Shown here piece by piece: positions 9,285 to 18,897 of a DNA stretch of 64,000 nucleotides. Every line of letters begins with the position of its first letter. The stretch's first letter is position 1. This DNA comes from an uncultured Alphaproteobacteria bacterium (GTDB lineage Bacteria > Pseudomonadota > Alphaproteobacteria > CAAGCB01 > CAG-977), in contig CALYBD010000001.1 of assembly GCA_944393745.1 (NCBI GenBank), positions 72,628 to 136,627 on the forward strand. Reading direction: 5' to 3'. A model generated the notes under the pieces. That model saw nothing but the letters and a program-made list of their open reading frames with translations. It made no database searches and was not told the origin of the DNA. The position numbers and the translations under genes were made by a program.

Positions 9285-10694
9285 ATCAATCGTTCCCAAC
9301 GATCCGTGACGCTGTTTGGCAATAATCAGTTCGGCTTTGTTTTCCAAATCCACCAAAGATTTTTCCCATTTGTGCATACGGTCGTTAAATTTATCATCTG
9401 ATTCGTTTTGACGCTGCACGGGAATGCTGTTTTTAATATAATAATGTTCACGGAAAACAAACATAACGATATCAGCGTCCTGTTCAATAGACCCGGAATC
9501 ACGCAGATCAGACAGCAGCGGCCTTTTATCTTCACGTTGTTCAACCGCACGGTTTAACTGAGATAACACCAAAACCGGAACGTTTAAATCTTTGGCCATA
9601 ATTTTCAACAGGCGCGTTGTTTCCGTTAAACCGCGCACCATATCGCCTTTATAAGCCGAATTTGACATATCAATCAGCTGCAAATAATCGATAACGACCA
9701 ACCCCAGCCCTTTTGCCGATTCCCGTTTTAAACGCCGGCAACGGTTGTGAATGGCAGCGACATTTAATCCCGGAGTATCGTCAACATATAACGGAACCTT
9801 TTCCAATTCTGCGGCAAATCCGACCACGCGACGGAATTCGTCGGCCGTAATTTTGCCGTTGCGCAGCTTATCCGAAGCAATCTGCGTTTCCATGGCCAAA
9901 ATACGTCCGGCCAGCTGTGCCGACGACATTTCCAAAGAAAAAAAAGCAACACTTTTACGTTCTTTGCCGTTTTTGATGTCTTCCAAAAAACTGCGTGCGG
10001 TATTAAAGGCCAAACAAGTCGCAAAAGCCGTTTTTCCCATACCGGGACGGCCGGCCAAAATCAACAGATCCGATTTATGCAACCCGCCCATTTTACTGTC
10101 CAAATCCCGAAAACCCGTCGGTACCCCCGAAAGCCCGTTCGGATTTTTTGTTGCTTCGGAAACTTCCTGAATAACCTCGGTCAACGTATCGACAAACGGC
10201 TTCGGCCCGCCGTCAATTTGTCCTTCCGTTCCCAATTCATATAATTTTTTTTCCGCCTGCGCCATCTGCAAAGAAGCATCGCTGTCCAAATTAACGGCAT
10301 AAGCGTTATTAACGATATCCGTTCCCAATCCGATCAACTGACGGCGCAGATACCGATCAAAAATCAGTTTAGCGTAATCTTCGGCATTAATAATGGTGAC
10401 GGCATTGGCGGTTAAATCCATCAAATATTTAACGCCGCCGACTTCGTTCAACGTGCCGTCATTTTCCAAATATCCCTTCAGTGTTACCGGATCGGCGGAA
10501 TGACCGCGGGAATGCAGCGTCAGAACAGCCTGATAAATTGCGGCATGAACCGGGCTGGCAAAATGAAAAGGTTTCAGAAACTCAGCCACTTTTTCCAAAG
10601 CATGGTTATTCGCCAAAATAGCGCCCAGCAAAGCCTGCTCCGCTTCGATATTCTGCGGCGGCATGCGAATTAATTCAGATTCCGTATTTTCCAT
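9222..10694 (-). CDS. dnaB: Replicative DNA helicase DnaB
   Basis: N-terminal PPQNIEAEQALLG, Walker A GRPGMGKTAFA, Walker B VVIDYLQL, C-terminal ...KQRHG motif. Confidence 0.92.
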   Translation of the reverse strand: MENTESELIRMPPQNIEAEQALLGAILANNHALEKVAEFLKPFHFASPVHAAIYQAVLTLHSRGHSADPVTLKGYLENDGTLNEVGGVKYLMDLTANAVTIINAEDYAKLIFDRYLRRQLIGLGTDIVNNAYAVNLDSDASLQMAQAEKKLYELGTEGQIDGGPKPFVDTLTEVIQEVSEATKNPNGLSGVPTGFRDLDSKMGGLHKSDLLILAGRPGMGKTAFATCLAFNTARSFLEDIKNGKERKSVAFFSLEMSSAQLAGRILAMETQIASDKLRNGKITADEFRRVVGFAAELEKVPLYVDDTPGLNVAAIHNRCRRLKRESAKGLGLVVIDYLQLIDMSNSAYKGDMVRGLTETTRLLKIMAKDLNVPVLVLSQLNRAVEQREDKRPLLSDLRDSGSIEQDADIVMFVFREHYYIKNSIPVQRQNESDDKFNDRMHKWEKSLVDLENKAELIIAKQRHGSLGTIDLSFERQFTRFGDWINPDFNA

Positions 10695-10698
10695 ATTT

Positions 10699-11601
10699 TT
10701 ATCGTCCGAGTCTGCCTTTTACAGCTGTCAGCACAGTTGTATTTGTCTTTGGTTTTTGAACGGCGCGGGTTACTTTATCCGGTGTAACGACAAAACTGGC
10801 AATATCGTTTTTTTCGGCAGTCGTGCAGATTAATCGGTTATCATCGTAAAATCTGACCCTTTTGCAATCAAAATCCGGGCCGTATCTTTTTTCAAGAAAG
10901 GCCTGAAAATTCTCCCAGCCTCTGTCGTTTTTCTTTGTCAGACCGGTATCAAACATGTCGTACACAAAGTCGAACATTTTGGGATTGTATCCCAACGCTT
11001 TGGCGATTTGAATGCCGTTTTCCGCTGAGTTGTCGGTATAAATACCGACAGCGTCGCCCCGTTGCCTGGCCTCTTGAATAACTTTTTCAATAGCCGGATT
11101 GCGCTTGATGTCATACGCGCCGTAGTCAATTGTCGCATATTTACGGTAAAAATCGGCGATATGGGACGTATTGATGCCAAATTCGGGCTCTAAATTAATC
11201 ATTGCAGAAACACGGTGGTTTCTGGGGGTGCTGGGGGGCAACATTTTTAACAAGGCACGCGCAGCAATCAGGCGCATTTTTTCCGCGTCTTTCTTTGAAA
11301 CGTTCTGCGGGTTCATCAGTTCTGAAAACTTGCGCCCGGCGACCAGGTTGGCTTCGGCCGAACTGCCTTCTTTGGATTCATGATTGGCATTATGAAAATT
11401 AATGCCAAGTTTTGTTTTATCAAAATCCTGAAACATCGTGTCCAGCCGAGCGATAGTTTCAGGGTACTTCGGGTGGTTTTTTTTGCTTTCAAGAAGATAC
11501 AGCATAGACATGTCAATCGCGTCTTCCAATACAGGAATGGCCGCCGTCGGCGTCAGGTACATACAACCGTCCGCATCTAAAACAACCACATTTTTTTTCA
11601 T
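10699..11601 (-). CDS. Hypothetical protein with HAD-hydrolase-like motifs, located between rplI and dnaB
   Basis: 300 aa. Candidate HAD motif I is VVLDADGCMY and a late YDDN motif is present. The family assignment is tentative. Confidence 0.4.
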   Translation of the reverse strand: MKKNVVVLDADGCMYLTPTAAIPVLEDAIDMSMLYLLESKKNHPKYPETIARLDTMFQDFDKTKLGINFHNANHESKEGSSAEANLVAGRKFSELMNPQNVSKKDAEKMRLIAARALLKMLPPSTPRNHRVSAMINLEPEFGINTSHIADFYRKYATIDYGAYDIKRNPAIEKVIQEARQRGDAVGIYTDNSAENGIQIAKALGYNPKMFDFVYDMFDTGLTKKNDRGWENFQAFLEKRYGPDFDCKRVRFYDDNRLICTTAEKNDIASFVVTPDKVTRAVQKPKTNTTVLTAVKGRLGR

Positions 11602-11708
11602 TTTCTTTTTCCTCTTGTTTTATAAAGCATACCGGGAGTTTTGAGAAAACAACGGCGGGAGTCTTTATTCAAAGCCCCCCGCCTTCATATTTAAACGTTT
11701 GATTAAAA

Positions 11709-12263
11709 TCAGGCGCTGGCCGTTTCGGCGGTTGTTTCAAAAGCTTCGACCGCTTCGCTTGCAGCCGCGGCTTTGGCAGCAGCCTTAGCGGCAGCTTTGG
11801 CATTGCGTTCGGCTTCTTCGGCGGAACGGGCCACCGTCACACCGACCATACGGCTGACATCGGGATGCAGAACAATACGAATATTGTAATTGCCGATTTC
11901 TTTTAACGGCTGATCCAGAACAACCTGGCGGCGTTCGATATTATAGCCGGCTTCGCGGATAGCATCGCGGACATCACGTCCGGTAACTGATCCGTACAAC
12001 TGCCCTGTTTCGGCGGCCTGACGAATAATCACCAGATTCAAGCCTTCCATTTTTGCGGCAATTTGTTCGGCTTCTTCTCTGCGTTTCAGGTTAGCGGCTT
12101 CCAGCTGAACCTTGCGGGCTTCAAACAAAGCCAGATTTTCTTTGTTTGAACGCAAAGCTTTGGCCTGAGGCAGCAAATAATTGCGGGCAAATCCGGGTTT
12201 TACCTTAACGATATCCCCCATTTGTCCCAGTTTTTCAATACGTTCCAGCAAAATAACTTCCAT
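11709..12263 (-). CDS. rplI: 50S ribosomal protein L9 with Ala/Lys-rich C-terminal extension
   Basis: MEVILLERIEKLGQMGDIVKVKPGFARNYL L9 N-domain. Conserved position after rpsR. Confidence 0.92.
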   Translation of the reverse strand: MEVILLERIEKLGQMGDIVKVKPGFARNYLLPQAKALRSNKENLALFEARKVQLEAANLKRREEAEQIAAKMEGLNLVIIRQAAETGQLYGSVTGRDVRDAIREAGYNIERRQVVLDQPLKEIGNYNIRIVLHPDVSRMVGVTVARSAEEAERNAKAAAKAAAKAAAASEAVEAFETTAETASA

Positions 12264-12278
12264 TTTTCTTCTCCTTCC

Positions 12279-12515
12279 TTAGTCCATGACATAAGGCAGC
12301 AGACCCAGAAAACGGGCACGTTTGATTGCTTTTGCCAATTCACGCTGTTTTTTAACGGAAACGGCCGTGATACGGCTGGGAACAATTTTACCGCGTTCGG
12401 AAATGAAACGCTGCAGCAACTTAATATCTTTATAATCAATCTTCGGCGCGTCTTTGGCCGCGAACGGGCAAGCCTTGCGACGGCGGAAGAACGGACGACG
12501 TGTTGTGGCTACCAT
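12279..12515 (-). CDS. rpsR: 30S ribosomal protein S18
   Basis: [27 protein letters not shown] motif. Confidence 0.92.
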   Translation of the reverse strand: MVATTRRPFFRRRKACPFAAKDAPKIDYKDIKLLQRFISERGKIVPSRITAVSVKKQRELAKAIKRARFLGLLPYVMD

Positions 12516-12910
12516 CAGATTTCCTCGCTTTCATCTTCAAGATCAAATTTATCATCGAATTTTTTACCGCGGCCCTTAACGTCTTTGCCTTTGTATGTCA
12601 TCATGGCGGACGGACCGTCGTCAAGTTCTTCGACACGGACGGACAGATAGCGGATAACGTCTTCGTCAAAACGCATCTGACGTTCCAGTTCAATCAGCGC
12701 CTTTGCAGGAGCATCAATATTGAACAAAACGTAATGTCCTTTGCGGTTTTTCTTCATACGGTAAGCCAGAGAACGCAGTCCCCAGTTTTCCTTTTTCGTA
12801 ACTTTGCCGCCGTTGGCCGTAACGATGCCTTCAAAACGTTCGATCAAAGCATCAACCTGTGAAGCGGCAATATCCTGACGTGCGATAAACACGCTTTCAT
12901 ATAAAGCCAT
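12515..12910 (-). CDS. rpsF: 30S ribosomal protein S6
   Basis: [13 protein letters not shown]... S6 N-terminus with acidic C-terminal tail. Operon rpsF-rpsR-rplI without priB, which is alphaproteobacteria-like. Confidence 0.92.
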   Translation of the reverse strand: MALYESVFIARQDIAASQVDALIERFEGIVTANGGKVTKKENWGLRSLAYRMKKNRKGHYVLFNIDAPAKALIELERQMRFDEDVIRYLSVRVEELDDGPSAMMTYKGKDVKGRGKKFDDKFDLEDESEEI

Positions 12911-13088
12911 TTAAAATTCTCCTTTTGGCTTCTCTCAATTTCAAAAAACAGACCGCCCCCCATGGACGGCCGCCTTGAAACATAGCCGGTCCGTTATGCC
13001 GGCAAGGAGTAAACGGAGTTTGAACTATAAGCAATCTGTTTCCCGAATGCAAGGAAATGATTCAAAAAAATCATTTTTATCGAACCGT

Positions 13089-13117
13089 TGACAAACACCG
13101 CGACTTCACTAAAATAA
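13089..13117 (+). promoter_or_regulatory. Sigma70-like promoter for argG (TTGACA-16-TAAAAT)
   Basis: TTGACAaacaccgcgacttcacTAAAAT lies about 45 nt upstream of the argG start. Confidence 0.45.
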
Positions 13118-13157
13118 GCGCGCATTTGAAATTTAAGTTTCTGAAAAGGATAACAAA

Positions 13158-14387
13158 ATGAGTAAACCTAAAGTCGTATTGGCCTATTCGGGCGGACTGG
13201 ACACGTCTGTTATTCTGAAATGGCTGATTAATAAAGGATTCGACGTTATTACATATACGGCTAACGTCGGACAGGACGATGACTTTAAAGCAATCGAAGA
13301 AAAAGCTTTGAAATGCGGAGCCATCAAAGCTTATGTTCTGGATCTGCGCAGCGAATTTGTCACAGATTATATTTTCCCTGCTTTTAAAGCCGCGGCAATT
13401 TATGAAGACCGTTATCTGCTCGGCACTTCCATTGCCCGCCCGCTGATTATCAAACACCATATTCGCATCGCCGCCGAAGAAGGCGCAGAATATATTGCGC
13501 ACGGGGCAACGGGTAAAGGAAACGATCAGGTACGTTTCGAACTGGGCGCTTATGCGCTGAACCCGGCCATTAAAATTATTTCTCCGTGGAAAGACGCCGA
13601 GTTCCTGAACGAATTCCAAGGGCGCCCCGATATGTTGGCTTATGCCGAAAAGAACGGTATTGAAATTAAAAAACACGCCGGCAAAGCTTACAGCGAAGAT
13701 GACAACCTGCTGCACATCAGCCATGAATCCGGTATTTTGGAAGACCCGAATACCGAATGTCCGCAAAGTGTTTATTCTAAATCCGTTTCCCCGCAGGAAG
13801 CCCCCGATAAAACAACAAAAATCGCTTTATCCTTTACACAGGGCGTCCCCGTCAAAGTCGAAAATCTGGACGACGGTACCGTTATCGAAAACCCGTTGGC
13901 TTTGTTTATTTACTTAAACAAACTGGGCAGTGAAAACGGAATCGGCCGGCTGGATATGGTGGAAAACAGATTTATCGGCATTAAATCCCGCGGCGTATAC
14001 GAAACGCCGGGCGGCACAATCCTGCATAAAGCCCACATTGATCTGATGGGACTGTGCATGGATAAGGAAGTTTACCGTTTAAATCAACAGTTCGGCGTTA
14101 AAATGGGCGATTTGATTTATAACGGTTTCTGGTTTTCTCCGGAAATGGAAGTGCTGATGAAATCGGTTGATGTCTGTCAGCAAAACGTTAACGGCCGCGT
14201 GGTCATCGAACTGTATAAGGGCAACGTCTACCCCGTAGCCAGATCCAGCGATACGACCCCGTATGACGCAAATATCGCTTCCATGGATATTCACGGCGGA
14301 TTTAATCAGATGGATTCTTACGGTTTCATTAAAATCAACGCCGTTCGTCTGATGGGCGATTACAGAATGAAGCATCAAAAAAAATGA
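13158..14387 (+). CDS. argG: Argininosuccinate synthase
   Basis: [11 protein letters not shown]-loop. About 409 aa. Confidence 0.92.
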   Translation: MSKPKVVLAYSGGLDTSVILKWLINKGFDVITYTANVGQDDDFKAIEEKALKCGAIKAYVLDLRSEFVTDYIFPAFKAAAIYEDRYLLGTSIARPLIIKHHIRIAAEEGAEYIAHGATGKGNDQVRFELGAYALNPAIKIISPWKDAEFLNEFQGRPDMLAYAEKNGIEIKKHAGKAYSEDDNLLHISHESGILEDPNTECPQSVYSKSVSPQEAPDKTTKIALSFTQGVPVKVENLDDGTVIENPLALFIYLNKLGSENGIGRLDMVENRFIGIKSRGVYETPGGTILHKAHIDLMGLCMDKEVYRLNQQFGVKMGDLIYNGFWFSPEMEVLMKSVDVCQQNVNGRVVIELYKGNVYPVARSSDTTPYDANIASMDIHGGFNQMDSYGFIKINAVRLMGDYRMKHQKK

Positions 14388-15754
14388 GCAAAACAAATCA
14401 GATGTGGGGCGGGCGTTTTGACCTGCCCCCGGCCGAACTGATGTTGGAAATAAATGCTTCTTTACCGTATGACCGGCGCCTTTACGCGCAGGATATCCGC
14501 GGGTCTCGGGTTCATGCGGAAATGCTGGCAAAACAGAAAATCCTGACGGAACAAGAAAACCGGGACATACAAAAAGGCCTGGCTGAAGTCTTAAAAGAAA
14601 TCGAAGACGGACGTTTTGAATTCCGACGCGAACTAGAAGATATTCATATGGCCGTCGAAGCCAGATTAAAGGAATTGATCGGCGATGCGGGCGGAAAACT
14701 GCATACGGCCAGATCACGCAATGATCAGGTTGCGACCGATTTTAAGCTGTTTGTGCGCGAAGAATGCCAAAAAGCCGTTTCTTTGCTGTCAACGCTGCGC
14801 AATGTTTTAAAAGAAAAAGCCCTTGAACACGTTGAAACAATCATGCCCGGTTTTACGCACCTGCAGGTCGCGCAACCGGTATCGTTCGGATTTTACCTGA
14901 ATGCTTATGCCGAAATGTTCGGCCGCGACATAAAACGGTTCTTAAACGCTTTTGATGTTATGGACGAATGCCCGTTGGGCGCGGCGGCGCTGGCGGGAAC
15001 GCCGTTTGATATTGATCGCTTCTTTACCGCGGAAAAACTGGGATTTAAAGCACCGACAAAAAATGCACTGGACAGTGTTTCAGACAGGGACTTTGCGCTG
15101 GAATATCTTTCTTGCGCGTCAATCTGCGCCATGCATTTGTCCCGTTTGGCCGAAGAAATGGTTATCTTTTCTTCCCAACCGTTCGGTTTTGTCAAAATGC
15201 CGCAGGAATATACTTCGGGCAGCTCGATCATGCCGCAAAAATGCAATCCCGACGCTGCCGAACTGATGCGGGCAAAAACGGGACGCATTTACGGTTCTTT
15301 GATGACTTTGCTGAGCGTCATGAAAGGGTTGCCTTTGGCTTATTCCAAAGATATGCAGGAAGACAAAGAATGCGTTTTTGATGCCTGCGATACGCTGACG
15401 CTGGCGTTAAAAGTAATGACGGCCGTTATAAACGGGCTGACCGTTAATGCCGAAAATATGCGCAAAGCTTTGGAAAACGGTTTTCCGACAGCCACGGATC
15501 TGGCAGACTGGTTGGTTAAAAAAGCCGGTATCGCGTTCAGGCAGGCGCATCATATCACCGGACAAATTGTTAAATTTGCAGAAAAAAATAAACTGCGCCT
15601 GGTCGAAGTGCCTTTGGCCGAAATGCAAAAAATCTGTCCGCAGATTACGCAGGACATCTACGACGTTTTGGACGTATATCATTCTTTGAACGCTCGAAAA
15701 AGCTATGGCGGGACGGCACCGGATCAATTACGCCGCCAATTAAACGAAAAATAA
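14384..15754 (+). CDS. argH: Argininosuccinate lyase
   Basis: Fumarate-lyase signature region [12 protein letters not shown]. 4-bp overlap with argG. Confidence 0.92.
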   Translation: MSKTNQMWGGRFDLPPAELMLEINASLPYDRRLYAQDIRGSRVHAEMLAKQKILTEQENRDIQKGLAEVLKEIEDGRFEFRRELEDIHMAVEARLKELIGDAGGKLHTARSRNDQVATDFKLFVREECQKAVSLLSTLRNVLKEKALEHVETIMPGFTHLQVAQPVSFGFYLNAYAEMFGRDIKRFLNAFDVMDECPLGAAALAGTPFDIDRFFTAEKLGFKAPTKNALDSVSDRDFALEYLSCASICAMHLSRLAEEMVIFSSQPFGFVKMPQEYTSGSSIMPQKCNPDAAELMRAKTGRIYGSLMTLLSVMKGLPLAYSKDMQEDKECVFDACDTLTLALKVMTAVINGLTVNAENMRKALENGFPTATDLADWLVKKAGIAFRQAHHITGQIVKFAEKNKLRLVEVPLAEMQKICPQITQDIYDVLDVYHSLNARKSYGGTAPDQLRRQLNEK

Positions 15755-15921
15755 TTCTGCTATTGTTTTTCCGTGCGGCCGTTTGGTTGCACGGAAAAGG
15801 ATATTTGAATGCAGAAAAATCGATTTTATCGAAAAAATAGAAAAAATTTTGTCAAATTTTTCTTTTTCTTTTCCGATTTTTTTTGTATTATGAACAGGTT
15901 CGTTTTTTAATAGGGGATTGT

Positions 15922-16650
15922 ATGGAAAATTATTTTTCGGATAAAACGGAAGCAGCGCTGATTGCCGAACGTTCGGCGATTCTGGCGGCGTCTTGTTTTG
16001 ACGAAAAAGCCCTGAACCGAACAGAAGACGAAGCAAAACGGCGGTTGACCTCTTTTTTATCGGGTGAAACGGAAATCGATCCCGAAGAAGCTCCGATGTT
16101 TTACAGCTTCATCAAAGTTTTCGGCGAAACGGAAAATGCGGATCTTAGGCTTTGCGCCAAAAAAGCCGAAGCAAAAATTACGCCCGTTTTAAAACAGTTT
16201 GATCAGATGATCGGCTACGACAATCTGGCAAAAATAACGGCCGAAGAAATCGAACGTAACCTTGCGGATTTGGATCGTTTTGAGCAAATCGATCCGTTTG
16301 AACGTACTGCGGACGGACAGCTTGTCTTTCCTCAATTCGAATTGGTTTTAAAAGTAATCGACAACGTTGAAATCGTTGATGATGATGAAACGTCTTTGTC
16401 TGCAGATTCCGGCGAAACTTTCAAAGAAACCGTTTTAGAAACGGCCAGAATAAAAACGTATATGCGTATATGCGTTTCGGAAACCGAAATAACGCGGGAA
16501 TATTATCTGGATATGCTTCAAACCGAAATGGAAAAGGCATTAATCGTCTTATTCGTCATGGATAAATCTGCCGTTGATTTTCCGTTAAACACCGCACAGG
16601 CCGAAAAAATCCATCGGGAATTTCAAAAATTATTAGACGTTCTTGAATAG
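15922..16650 (+). CDS. Hypothetical acidic protein (ATG at 15922 preferred over upstream TTG at 15883)
   Basis: RBS-like agggga precedes ATG MENYFSDK. Strongly acidic composition. No motif recognised. Confidence 0.45.
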   Translation: MENYFSDKTEAALIAERSAILAASCFDEKALNRTEDEAKRRLTSFLSGETEIDPEEAPMFYSFIKVFGETENADLRLCAKKAEAKITPVLKQFDQMIGYDNLAKITAEEIERNLADLDRFEQIDPFERTADGQLVFPQFELVLKVIDNVEIVDDDETSLSADSGETFKETVLETARIKTYMRICVSETEITREYYLDMLQTEMEKALIVLFVMDKSAVDFPLNTAQAEKIHREFQKLLDVLE

Positions 16651-16658
16651 GTGACAAG

Positions 16659-17675
16659 ATGACGGAATCTGCTAAAAAAGACGCTTCTAAAAAACTGACT
16701 CTGCGCAAAGGGACGCTGGAAATGTTCGTGTCCGGAACGGCACGCGGCGTAATGAATGCCAAAGAACGCCTGAAACAAAAAAAAGAAAAAGTCGTTCACA
16801 ATATTCCGTTTTTGGAAAAAATCGATCGCAGATTGAAAGCCTTTGATTCGAAAATGGAACAAAAATACGGGCAGGTCTATGTAAAATTACGCGACAGCGC
16901 AAAAAATATTGCCCGTACCGTTTTGGCTGCAAAATTATTCGGAATCCCGGGCGTCATCGGCATCTGTGCCTATAAAACGTGTGAAAAAGCGATGTCTTTG
17001 TTGGAACCGGCGCAAAAGGCAAAGCAAAACGGTGAAGCAAAGGGTGTTCTGGATTATTTGGCCCAAAATAAAGGGGAAGCTCATTTTACGATGACGTCCG
17101 GCGCTTTGAGCATAGCGACGATGGCGTGTGACGTTGTCGGGGATTATGTGACCAAAGGGGCGATTCGCGTGGGAAAAGCGTCTTTGTTAATCGCTCCCGA
17201 AGTAAAGAAATTCGTTCAGACAACGGGCAAATGGTTCAGAGGGGAAGAGGCTTTTAAAGAAGTCAGACGTGATGCCGCCGTTATGGGAATTACATTCGGA
17301 ACGTACTTTGTTTCTGATATTCCGATGACACGCGGATCAGGAAAACCGCAAACGGATGAATCCGGACAGCGGCAAACGTGGCAGTCTAAAGAATTGCCGA
17401 CAAAGACGCCTAAAGAAAAGCTCAGCGAGTATATGCAAAAAGTCAAAGCGTTGTTCGCGGCGAGATTCGGCAATCCGGACGGTATGGTGACGGTGCCGCA
17501 GGAACCGAAAAAAGAAGATAAAGCTCCGCAGACTGATCAAAAAACGCCGGAAAATAAAGAAAAGAAGACGTCCGCGTATAAAGATGAAGTCAATAAACTG
17601 TTTGCAAGCGGTGCCGGCAATCCGGGCGGAATGATTACCGTCTTTGACATTAAAAGTCAAAAAGGCGGCCGCTGA
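16659..17675 (+). CDS. Hypothetical Lys-rich protein with internal C-terminal repeat (LFAxxxGNPxGMxTV twice)
   Basis: RBS aggtga then ATG. The gene starts 9 bp after the previous stop, so the two form an operon. Repeat units are KVKALFAARFGNPDGMVTV and EVNKLFASGAGNPGGMITV. Confidence 0.45.
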   Translation: MTESAKKDASKKLTLRKGTLEMFVSGTARGVMNAKERLKQKKEKVVHNIPFLEKIDRRLKAFDSKMEQKYGQVYVKLRDSAKNIARTVLAAKLFGIPGVIGICAYKTCEKAMSLLEPAQKAKQNGEAKGVLDYLAQNKGEAHFTMTSGALSIATMACDVVGDYVTKGAIRVGKASLLIAPEVKKFVQTTGKWFRGEEAFKEVRRDAAVMGITFGTYFVSDIPMTRGSGKPQTDESGQRQTWQSKELPTKTPKEKLSEYMQKVKALFAARFGNPDGMVTVPQEPKKEDKAPQTDQKTPENKEKKTSAYKDEVNKLFASGAGNPGGMITVFDIKSQKGGR

Positions 17676-17687
17676 AAAATAAAAAAA

Positions 17688-17720
17688 AGCCCTCAAACGA
17701 GGGCTTTTCTTTTTATTCGA
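17688..17720. terminator. Bidirectional intrinsic terminator between convergent genes
   Basis: aaaagccctcaaacgagggcttttcttttt is a GC hairpin flanked by A-run and T-run. Confidence 0.6.
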
Positions 17721-17731
17721 CTGTATTATTG

Positions 17732-18688
17732 TTATTTATTATATAGTTCTTCTGCAGGATGCCAAGTTTTTCCATTATCAGTAGAATATTCACAATCTCG
17801 CCAAACATTCATACTTTTTGTTTTGGTATAATAAATGGCGGACATTGCGGCGTTTAATGTTGGGAATGTTTTTCCAACAGCGTTCATTCCATGAAGATCG
17901 GTATAATCAGACCATATTTCACCATCTTTTTGAACGGGTAAAACCTTATAAGAATTCTTTTTTTCATAAAGAACTGTTAAGATGCAACCTTTATATTTTT
18001 TATAGGGCAGTGTTGTTTTTTTCGCTTCGTATTTAAAAAGTGTGCCGACTTGTAAAATACTTTCTTTAAGAGAGGGGATTTGTTTTGCATTATCCTTGCT
18101 TTTGAAAAGCTCTTTTAAATTGATATTTTCAATTTCATTTATCTGGGTTTCAGAAAAAGTTTTTCCAAATTTAATGTAATATAAACAATCTAGAAGATTA
18201 TAAAAATCTTTGTAGTACGATTCCGACAAATCTTTAGCATTGACTGATTCTCGTGTTTCTAGTTCGGTTTGTATGAAATTAAGAGCCCATTTTAAAAGTT
18301 TTATTAAGAGGGCTTTTTTTTGAATCAAGCGAGCTATTTCAAGATATTTTGTTGTAGCAATTATTTCATAAAACGATCCTGTTTTTTGATATATCTCATA
18401 ATAATTATCTTTTTGGCAAATAATTGCTTCTTCGGATTGCTTTAAAAAGTTTGAAATAAGGGTTTTTAATCGTTGGTAGCCTAATGCTTGTTTAGCCATT
18501 TCAGATATGTCGCCTTTTGCGCTAATCCAATTATTAGCAGTTGAGACTGAAATATCTAGCATATCTGCTAATTCTTGCGCAGTTCCCTCCCAATTATCCC
18601 AAAGTTCTTTAATATCCAGATCTCCCTCGGTTTCTCTCAATTCTTTGTTAATCATAAAATCTGTATCAGGGAAAAATTTATGAAACAT
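17732..18688 (-). CDS. Low-GC hypothetical protein with N-terminal helix-turn-helix (Xre-like), probable horizontally acquired gene; ORF extends to 18793 but RBS-supported start is 18688
   Basis: aaggag RBS lies 8 nt before ATG MFHKFF. An HTH-like segment reads TAQELADMLDISVSTANNWISAKGDIS. GC is clearly below neighbouring genes. Confidence 0.5.
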   Translation of the reverse strand: MFHKFFPDTDFMINKELRETEGDLDIKELWDNWEGTAQELADMLDISVSTANNWISAKGDISEMAKQALGYQRLKTLISNFLKQSEEAIICQKDNYYEIYQKTGSFYEIIATTKYLEIARLIQKKALLIKLLKWALNFIQTELETRESVNAKDLSESYYKDFYNLLDCLYYIKFGKTFSETQINEIENINLKELFKSKDNAKQIPSLKESILQVGTLFKYEAKKTTLPYKKYKGCILTVLYEKKNSYKVLPVQKDGEIWSDYTDLHGMNAVGKTFPTLNAAMSAIYYTKTKSMNVWRDCEYSTDNGKTWHPAEELYNK

Positions 18689-18828
18689 TATAATCTCCTT
18701 TTTTTGTCTTGTTATTAGTGTAATTTTGCATATTTTAGAAAAAAAGTAAAGATAAAATATAAAATTTATAAAAAAATTTTTTAAAAACTCCAAATTTTAT
18801 AATTTATTTGGAAAATTTATAATCAGAC

Positions 18829-18872
18829 AAAAACGATCTTTCTTCAAAATCACATGAGGAAAGATCGTTTTT
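18829..18872 (-). terminator. Intrinsic terminator downstream of htpG (bidirectional shape)
   Basis: cgatctttc...gaaagatcg is a 9-bp stem, with A5 before it and T5 after it. Confidence 0.6.
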
Positions 18873-18897
18873 AAAAGTTAGTTGGACGAAATATTTT

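Noticed and set aside
13077-13766. 229-aa minus-strand ORF overlapping argG
   Set aside because: It is fully antisense to argininosuccinate synthase, which has an unambiguous PP-loop, so it is spurious.
15755-15882. Hairpin ccgtgc-ggccgtttggtt-gcacgg after argH as a terminator
   Set aside because: It is followed by an A-rich rather than T-rich sequence on the argH strand, so the support is weak. It is left unannotated.
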